From a virus, in IMG/VR virus record IMGVR_UViG_3300045256_000135, positions 119,245 to 183,244 of that record: DNA of 64,000 nucleotides; one strand, written 5' to 3'. The number at the start of each line of letters is the position of its first letter. Position 1 is the stretch's first letter. Shown here piece after piece: positions 56,072 to 64,000 of the stretch. Made by a program: the position numbers and the translations under genes. The notes below the pieces were generated by a model, which was not told the DNA's origin, ran no database searches, and saw nothing but the letters and a program-made list of their open reading frames with translations.

Positions 56072-58252
56072 ATGCTTTTTTCGAACATTTCGGAGAGCTT
56101 GCTGCGAAAGAACTATGTTCTAGTGAGTTCTCCGAAACGTTTGCATTGGCTGTTTAGTCAGCTGAATGCAGCGTCAGAAGTCGCTGTTGACATCGAGACA
56201 AATCACCCTACCAAGGAGGGACATGCCCACGAGCTAGCGAGAAAAGACATTCGAATTGGTGGGTTATCTTTCTCATGGGGAAAGGACACCGGCGCGTTTG
56301 TACCGCTGCATTCAGGCTTGTCATCAGAACCGTATTGGAAGGGTGATACAGCAAATCTGGTTCTGACGCAACTCGAGAACTTTCTTGGTAGTGACACACC
56401 AAAGTTTGGCCAGAACTTCAAGTTCGATGCTCAGTGGTTGTTCAACTGCTACGGTATTCGTGTTCGAAATCTCGTTATGGACACGATGCTAGCACACCAC
56501 TTGCTTGATGAAGAGGGCAAACTTACATGCAGGCATGGTCTGAAGGTGATGGCTGCTTACTATCTCGACCCCAAGGCGAAAGTCTTTGAGCAAGAGCTAG
56601 ACGCAGCTTTGTCGTATTACGACGAGCGTTACAGACGCTACACTAGCGTACCATTAGAGATTCTGTACCCATATGCTTGCTCTGACACGGACTACACGTA
56701 TCAGTTAGCTCATATCTTCAAAGCACAGCTTGAGGAGCAGGGTTTGTACGATCTCTTGAAGTACATTGTGCTCCCACTTCAGCGAACGTGCATGTTTGCA
56801 GAGATTCGTGGGCTGAACCTTGACGACTCTAAGATTGAAGAACTAGCTATGTTCTTCAGCATCAAGCGAGAGGAGTTGAAGAACCAGATCTACACTCTGG
56901 CTGGTTACTCGTGGGATCTGACAAGTCCTCAGCAAATGGCTGACGTCCTGTATCAGAAGCTACAGTTGCCAGTGCAGATGAAGAAGGATAAGGTGACGAC
57001 TGATGCGGACTCCCTCGAGGCACTTAAGGACAAGCATCCAGCGATCAAGTTGATTCTCGAGTATCGCTCTGTTGATAAGCTCGATGGCACTTATGTACAA
57101 GGCGTAGTTAAGCGACGAGTACAAGACGAGCATGGCACCCGCATCTTTCCTTCATTTCTGCTGCATGGTACAAAGACTGGGCGATTGTCTTCGGAAGATC
57201 CGAACGTACAGAACTTGCCGAGAGCAGAGAATGGTGGTGATCTTGTCAAGAGCATGTACGTAGCTGCTCCTGGCACAAAGTGGATCATGTCGGACTACTC
57301 ACAGATTGAGTTGCGAGTGGCGGCACATCTCTCCAAAGAGATGGTGTGGATTGAAGCAATGAAAGCGGGGTTTGACGCACATTCGGCCACCGCTAAGCAG
57401 GTGTTCAATCTTGAGTGTGATGTAACAGAAGTGTCCAAGTTGCACAAACCACTCAGAACGAAAGCGAAGAGCGTTAACTTCGGCATTCTGTATGGTCAGA
57501 CTGAGTATGGACTTGCTGAGCAACTCGACATGGAAGTCGATGAAGCGGTGAAGTTCATCGAAGACTACTTCAAGGCACTTCCGACGCTTAAGAAGTGGAT
57601 TGATGACACCATTAGTCAGGCGAGAGTTTCGAAAGAGGTGGTTAATCTGTTCGGTCGAAAGCGTCGGTTTCCGGATTGGCCCGACTTCATTCCACCGAAG
57701 CCATGGAAGCCAGCTGGAGCTCCAAAGTGTTGGGGTAAGTCTGACGCACCACCCGTACTGAAAGTGCTAGGGATTGCTGGTAACGCTTTGCAGAACAATA
57801 TGCACGTGCTACAAGAGACTAAGCATCTGCAGTTGACTGTAGCGAACGAAGTTCGAAGCACCAAGTACGAACAATGCAAGACATGTCCGCTCATTGGGTC
57901 TTGTGTCCAGGCAAGAGAGGCTCAAAAGCAGAGCTCAATGGAGTCAGAGTTCGGCAGACAAGCTGTTAACGCTGTTGTTCAGGCAGGAGCCTCAGATCTA
58001 ACTTCGAGTGCTTTCAGCGCCGTGATTGACAACGCAGTCTCTGCTGGTATGCCCCTAGCTCTGAAGCCAGGAGAATTTGGTATCTCTCCAGTGCTTACGA
58101 TTCACGACGAGTTGGTGTTTCAGGTCTCGGACGAGTTGGTCGACCAGGCGAAGGTGCTGATTCGGGATACGATGGTAAACATCCACCCTGATCTCCTTGT
58201 TCCGTTGGAAGTTGACCAAGCGGTTGTCTCAAAGTGGAGTGACAAGGTTTAG
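56072..58252 (+). CDS. polA: DNA polymerase family A (3'-5' exonuclease + polymerase)
   Basis: VDIET, NFKFD, YACSD; TKTGRLSS, DYSQIELR (A), KSVNFGILYG (B, Phe at the 762-equivalent), TIHDEL (C). Confidence 0.96.
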   Translation: MLFSNISESLLRKNYVLVSSPKRLHWLFSQLNAASEVAVDIETNHPTKEGHAHELARKDIRIGGLSFSWGKDTGAFVPLHSGLSSEPYWKGDTANLVLTQLENFLGSDTPKFGQNFKFDAQWLFNCYGIRVRNLVMDTMLAHHLLDEEGKLTCRHGLKVMAAYYLDPKAKVFEQELDAALSYYDERYRRYTSVPLEILYPYACSDTDYTYQLAHIFKAQLEEQGLYDLLKYIVLPLQRTCMFAEIRGLNLDDSKIEELAMFFSIKREELKNQIYTLAGYSWDLTSPQQMADVLYQKLQLPVQMKKDKVTTDADSLEALKDKHPAIKLILEYRSVDKLDGTYVQGVVKRRVQDEHGTRIFPSFLLHGTKTGRLSSEDPNVQNLPRAENGGDLVKSMYVAAPGTKWIMSDYSQIELRVAAHLSKEMVWIEAMKAGFDAHSATAKQVFNLECDVTEVSKLHKPLRTKAKSVNFGILYGQTEYGLAEQLDMEVDEAVKFIEDYFKALPTLKKWIDDTISQARVSKEVVNLFGRKRRFPDWPDFIPPKPWKPAGAPKCWGKSDAPPVLKVLGIAGNALQNNMHVLQETKHLQLTVANEVRSTKYEQCKTCPLIGSCVQAREAQKQSSMESEFGRQAVNAVVQAGASDLTSSAFSAVIDNAVSAGMPLALKPGEFGISPVLTIHDELVFQVSDELVDQAKVLIRDTMVNIHPDLLVPLEVDQAVVSKWSDKV

Positions 58253-58333
58253 TCCTGGTAAACCTGACGTAACACCAGTTCTGGATACACGTAGCTATAT
58301 ATAGAGTTGTGGCATTTTCTGAGGAGGTAGGGC

Positions 58334-58837
58334 GTGGGTTTGTACAGTTTACTTGTGTTAGACATCGATGGCACTCTCGCAGACTGCTCACACCGCCTAG
58401 CTCTCGTGCAGGACATCAATAGCAGGTTTTCACATCTGTCAGGGCCAGAGAAGTACGATGAGATGAACAAACTGTGGAATCAGTTCTACCTCGCTTGTGA
58501 AGCGGATACTGTGATACCTGGCACCGTTGAAAGTGTAGCTTGGCTAACTCGACAAGTTCGTCGAGTCGTTTACTTGACTGGACGTTCAGAGGTTTGTAAG
58601 TCTCAAACGCAAAACTGGCTTGAGCGTAACGGGTTCCCAAAAGCTGAGATTAGGATGCGGGGTTTGACCGACTACCGGAAGAGTGTTGACGTGAAGAGGG
58701 AACATCTAGACGTTTTGTCTGGATTTGAGACCATTCACGCTTTGGTTGACGATGAACCAGACATTCTCAGAATGGCGTATATGCGTGGCATACAAGTACA
58801 TCACGCACCGCACTGCTGGAGCTATCTCCCTAGGTAG
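58334..58837 (+). CDS. HAD-superfamily phosphatase (PNK 3'-phosphatase-like)
   Basis: LDIDGTLAD, LTGR, MR...DYR...K, VDD; GAGGAGG SD. Confidence 0.85.
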   Translation: MGLYSLLVLDIDGTLADCSHRLALVQDINSRFSHLSGPEKYDEMNKLWNQFYLACEADTVIPGTVESVAWLTRQVRRVVYLTGRSEVCKSQTQNWLERNGFPKAEIRMRGLTDYRKSVDVKREHLDVLSGFETIHALVDDEPDILRMAYMRGIQVHHAPHCWSYLPR

Positions 58838-58850
58838 GTAAGTCTTTCTG

Positions 58851-59999
58851 ATGACGTATGTTAGCTCTTCAAGACGTCTACGACCTCAGAGATTCGCTGA
58901 AGTTTTAGATCAGCCAGTCATTGTTCGCATCCTGCAGAATGCGATTGCCCAGAACCGCATAGCTAATGCTTACGTCTTCTCTGGCATACGTGGTACTGGC
59001 AAAACGACGCTAGCTAGGTTGTTAGCAAAGGCTTTGAATTGTGACGATCTCCAGGACCAGTTGAAGTCTGGTCAGCCCCCTGAACCATGCAACAAGTGCG
59101 CTTCATGTGTTGACATCACTGCTGGCAAGGACATGAACGTGCTAGAGATCGACGCCTCTAGCAATCGTGGTATCGACCAGGCAAAAGAGATCACGCGTAT
59201 AGCTCAGCTTCAGAGTGCTCCAGGGAAGTGGAGTGTGATTATTCTGGATGAAGCGCACGGCTTGACCAAAGAGGCACAAAATGCTTTGCTTGCTTTGTTC
59301 GAGCAGCCACCATCTAGTTTTCTTCCCATTCTGTGTACGACAGAGCTTGACAAGATCTTGCCAACGATTTTGAGTCGCTGCTCTCGCCTTGATGTCAAAG
59401 CTTTGTCGATGGTAGCTATTGCTTCCAACGTTCAGAGAATCTTTGACGAAGCAGGCGTGAAGAGCACCGAAGGGGCAGTTCATGCAATTGCACGTCTGGG
59501 CAATGGATCTCTCCGAGACGTACAACAAGTGGCAGATCAGGTTGTGAATTGTCTTGCCGAGGGGGAGATTGCTGATGAACAGTTCCTCGAATCTGTCGTT
59601 GGGATTCCAACGTCTCTGATCTATCGAAGAATTGCTGGGGTGATGAACGTAGCTTGGGTCGAAGGCCCTCAGAGTTGGTTTGAGCTATGTGAGGATCTTG
59701 CGGAACAAGGAGCTGATTTCCAGCAATTGTTCTTTCAAGTGGTATCAACTTTGTTACGAGACTTTCGAGTGTGCGTTGTGAGTAAAGCTCTGGCACAACC
59801 CGTTGTGCCCTATTGGTCCGGGATTCCACATGACACATTCAAGCAGAGAACTGTGTTCACTCATGACGATCTGGACATACTCAACCAAAGCTGGGACGAT
59901 TCGGTCCATCAGTTCAGCTTCTCAAGCAAGTTGGGCCCTCGTCCCGTCTTCGAGTTCTTCTTCTTGAGGGCTTGGGACTACAAACGAGCTAAGGGGTGA
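58851..59999 (+). CDS. dnaX: Clamp loader subunit (Pol III gamma/tau-like)
   Basis: RPQRF, GIRGTGKTT, PCNKCASC, EIDASSNRGID, IILDEAH, TILSRC, GSLRD. Confidence 0.93.
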   Translation: MTYVSSSRRLRPQRFAEVLDQPVIVRILQNAIAQNRIANAYVFSGIRGTGKTTLARLLAKALNCDDLQDQLKSGQPPEPCNKCASCVDITAGKDMNVLEIDASSNRGIDQAKEITRIAQLQSAPGKWSVIILDEAHGLTKEAQNALLALFEQPPSSFLPILCTTELDKILPTILSRCSRLDVKALSMVAIASNVQRIFDEAGVKSTEGAVHAIARLGNGSLRDVQQVADQVVNCLAEGEIADEQFLESVVGIPTSLIYRRIAGVMNVAWVEGPQSWFELCEDLAEQGADFQQLFFQVVSTLLRDFRVCVVSKALAQPVVPYWSGIPHDTFKQRTVFTHDDLDILNQSWDDSVHQFSFSSKLGPRPVFEFFFLRAWDYKRAKG

Positions 60000-60178
60000 A
60001 GCTACAACCACCACTGAAGATTCGCTGTCCGTTGCCACAATGTCGGTATGAATGGATGCGGCCACGAGCTGGATTTCTGAAAGAAAACGGAGATCTAGTG
60101 CGACTGTACGTTTGTCCGATCTGTGGTGAACGAGAGGTAATTATACGTAAGCAGAGCTTGCCCAGATTCACCAAATGA
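59996..60178 (+). CDS. Small zinc-ribbon protein
   Basis: CPLPQC...CPIC. Confidence 0.55.
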   Translation: MKLQPPLKIRCPLPQCRYEWMRPRAGFLKENGDLVRLYVCPICGEREVIIRKQSLPRFTK

Positions 60179-60927
60179 AGATCGACACGAATTACACGCT
60201 AACCTCAAATGTTGACTCAGTCGAAGAGCAGCAAGCTTCCATTGATTGGAACGGCAAGGTTGCGCATTACAACATAGCGTCACTGCTTGGGTTCAAAGAG
60301 AATCTAGAGAACGCCATTGCTGATCACGCTGCTACTCAGTCGTACTGGGAACAGCTCGCAATTGAATTTCAGTCTCAAGCTCAAAAGTTTGAGAACGAGG
60401 GTTACGCTAGATGGTGGGCGCATGCACGCCGATATGCAAGACTCGTTATGCGAGCTTTGCAAGTGTCTGAGACTCTAGAGAGCTTGAGAGATTGGGTGAT
60501 CACAATCTACTCTGCTGACACCTCTACCGAAGAGCTAGACGGTTATGTTGAGACAGGCTATCGAGGTTGGCTTCTCGAACGCCATGGTACGCTGCATAAG
60601 GTTGATGTCTTTCTGAAGAAGCAAGAAGAGGCTGGCTCCCCGAAGCCAGATTTCGGAGCGTTCAAGTCGATGATGCTGTCGTACGCATTGACTGGGTGGA
60701 CGTACGAAAAGGTGGTTTCGTCACTCCGCGATCTGAAAGATCAGGCAGCAAAGGTTCAGAGTGTTGCTAGGTCCTTGAACAATGCTGCTTTCAACATGAA
60801 AGCATACAAAGACCTGCAGACCGCAAAGTTTGGTAATGTAGACCCTAAGCTTACTTCCAGTAATCCGCAACAGTTGACACCGACTAAACCAATTTCACCA
60901 TTCAAAACATCAAGAAGTGGAGCCTAA
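60175..60927 (+). CDS. Hypothetical helical protein (possible recombination mediator)
   Basis: 250 aa, coiled-coil-like; upstream of the SSB-like and recA genes. Function inferred from position. Confidence 0.5.
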   Translation: MKIDTNYTLTSNVDSVEEQQASIDWNGKVAHYNIASLLGFKENLENAIADHAATQSYWEQLAIEFQSQAQKFENEGYARWWAHARRYARLVMRALQVSETLESLRDWVITIYSADTSTEELDGYVETGYRGWLLERHGTLHKVDVFLKKQEEAGSPKPDFGAFKSMMLSYALTGWTYEKVVSSLRDLKDQAAKVQSVARSLNNAAFNMKAYKDLQTAKFGNVDPKLTSSNPQQLTPTKPISPFKTSRSGA

Positions 60928-60928
60928 T

Positions 60929-62254
<1,326 letters not shown>

Positions 62255-62257
62255 CAT

Positions 62258-62310
62258 TGTGATCGCAGCTGGCAGACCTGCGTAGGGCATTAGCCTTGTC
62301 TGCCATCACA
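62258..62310 (+). other. Stem-loop upstream of recA
   Basis: TGTGA...TGGCAGAC...GTCTGCCA-TCACA nested inverted repeat, no U-tract. Confidence 0.55.
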
Positions 62311-62326
62311 TTTCAAGGAGGAATCT

Positions 62327-63379
62327 ATGCCCGCGCCACAACCTGTCAAGCCCGTGTTACCAAAGACCGTTGAAGTACCGTCAAACATGGCGCGGCTTCT
62401 TGAGATTCAGAAGCATGTAGCATCGACTGTCAAAGACGCAGAGCTGATGCTAATGACTGGAGAGATCAAGAAGATCCCAGTCATCTCGTCTGGTTCTTTA
62501 GCTGTAGATGTAGCACTTGGAGTGGGTGGGTATCCGCAAGGAAGGGTTGTTGAGGTGTTCGGTCCAGAGTCTTCTGGCAAAACAACACTGACCTTGCATG
62601 CAATCGCTGAAGCCCAAAAGCTTGGTGGTATTGCAGCATTCATCGATGTTGAGCATGCGCTAGACCTCAAGTACGCAGCTAACCTCGGAGTGAATACAAA
62701 AGAGCTCTTGCTGCTTCAACCAGACTTTGGTGAGCAAGCAATTGACACGGTCGATCACATGACGGAAAAGCTTCGTCCAAACGACATTGTCGTTGTGGAC
62801 TCAGTGGCTGCCTTGACTACCAAGGCTGAGATCGAAGGTGATGCTGGCGATCATCACATGGCTCAGACAGCTAGACTGATGAGTCAAGCACTCAAGAAAC
62901 TGGTTCAGAAAGTAGCTAAGAGTGGTTGCGTCTTGTACTTCACGAATCAGATTCGTGACACGATTGGCAACCAAGGATACGGTCCAACTACGGACACACC
63001 TGGTGGTCGAGCCTTGAAGTTCTACGCTTCACAGCGTCTGAGCATTAAGCGAGTGGGAACCACCATGACAGCTTCCACTGATGGTAAGACACAGGTTGCC
63101 ATTGCAAACAAAGTGGTTGTGAAGATTGTCAAGAACAAGACAGCACCACCGTTTGCGGAAGTGAACACCACCATTCGTTTTGGGGTGGGTGTGTCAAAGC
63201 TAGACGAAGTGCTGGACTATGGCGTAGCCTACAAGACGATCGAACAAAACGGTTCATACTTCAAGTTTAAGGGCAAGTCGATTGGTCAAGGGAGAGAAAA
63301 CGCGATTGACTGGCTCAGGGAGAATCCTGCAGAAATTTGCGAGATCGAACTCGACATTCGCAAGGGGTTGGGGCTATGA
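62327..63379 (+). CDS. recA: Recombinase A
   Basis: GPESSGKTT, FIDVEHALD, VDSVAAL, NQIR, PGGRALKFY, KNK; AAGGAGG SD. Confidence 0.97.
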   Translation: MPAPQPVKPVLPKTVEVPSNMARLLEIQKHVASTVKDAELMLMTGEIKKIPVISSGSLAVDVALGVGGYPQGRVVEVFGPESSGKTTLTLHAIAEAQKLGGIAAFIDVEHALDLKYAANLGVNTKELLLLQPDFGEQAIDTVDHMTEKLRPNDIVVVDSVAALTTKAEIEGDAGDHHMAQTARLMSQALKKLVQKVAKSGCVLYFTNQIRDTIGNQGYGPTTDTPGGRALKFYASQRLSIKRVGTTMTASTDGKTQVAIANKVVVKIVKNKTAPPFAEVNTTIRFGVGVSKLDEVLDYGVAYKTIEQNGSYFKFKGKSIGQGRENAIDWLRENPAEICEIELDIRKGLGL

Positions 63380-63987
63380 GCGTTCTTGCTGGCAGAGCAA
63401 TTCAGAAGTTGGTACTTGCAGGTGACATCACCATCACACCATTTAGTGCTGAGCAGTTGAATCCTGTAAGCTACGACGTTACTCTCGGTGAGCATTTCAA
63501 GGTGTATAGAGACTCTGTACACCTCACAGGGAGTGGTTTACCTGATCTGAACTACCTCACCCCTCGACAGCATGATAAACCACTCTTCTCTCAAGGTCGA
63601 GAAGAGACTTTTGAGTACATTTTTCGATATGGTGACAGTGTGACCCTAAGACCAGGCATCGGGTACTTGTGCCATACACGTGAGGCAGTTGGGTCGAAAC
63701 ACTACGTTCCAGTGCTTGATGGTAAGAGTTCGATCGGTCGAATGTTCGTGAATGTGCACGCAACCGCTGGTTTTGGTGACCCTGGCTTCGTGGGTCAGTG
63801 GACCCTCGAGATCAGTGTAGTCCAGATAGTAACATTGAAAATTGGTATGCGTATTGCACAGGTGCGTTTCATGGAGATTGCAGACCACGGTCTTGGGTAT
63901 GATCTCTACCAAGGGCATTACGGAGCAGATGCGATAGGTGCTGTAGAGTCCCGCGTTGACCAGCAGATCAAGGAGCATTTCAAGTGA
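63376..63987 (+). CDS. dcd: dCTP deaminase
   Basis: QLNPVSYDVTLG, DGKSSIGR, HATAGFGDPGF.GQWTLE, RIAQ, YQG.Y. Confidence 0.92.
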   Translation: MSVLAGRAIQKLVLAGDITITPFSAEQLNPVSYDVTLGEHFKVYRDSVHLTGSGLPDLNYLTPRQHDKPLFSQGREETFEYIFRYGDSVTLRPGIGYLCHTREAVGSKHYVPVLDGKSSIGRMFVNVHATAGFGDPGFVGQWTLEISVVQIVTLKIGMRIAQVRFMEIADHGLGYDLYQGHYGADAIGAVESRVDQQIKEHFK

Positions 63988-64000
63988 GCATTGAAGAGTT

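Noticed and set aside
57680-57945. Intein or intron in polA
   Set aside because: The frame is continuous, with no C/S...HN-C/S/T splice junctions or homing endonuclease motifs.

Overview
A 64-kb segment of a large, probably lytic tailed phage (contractile-tail type). Essentially every credible gene is on the + strand. 1-22.5 kb: baseplate (spike, gp25-like, J-like) and several very large, mutually paralogous tailspike/fibre genes. 22.5-33.6 kb: an early/host-takeover region punctuated by a ~45-bp repeated sigma70-type promoter that mostly places the ATG at the predicted transcription start (leaderless mRNAs). It carries an ADP-ribosylglycohydrolase, NADAR, PolX, 5'-3' exonuclease, GIY-YIG nuclease and ATP-dependent ligase. 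33.6-44.4 kb: SNF2 helicase, candidate origin, initiator/loader/DnaB, HU, primase, divergent sigma factor and beta clamp. 44.9-55.8 kb: an expanded 7-deazaguanine cluster (queD, queE, GAT-queC, a second queC, TGT/DpdA, folE, plus an extra radical SAM enzyme and a methyltransferase). It is interrupted by a Tad2-like (DUF2829) gene and a complete tmRNA with an acidified tag, ANDNVELSEAAEAA. 56-64 kb: PolA with a 4-Cys insertion, HAD phosphatase, DnaX, SSB-like protein, RecA and dCTP deaminase. The tag start suggests a Myxococcota host (inference from memory). All assignments are from motif reading only; no database searches were run.
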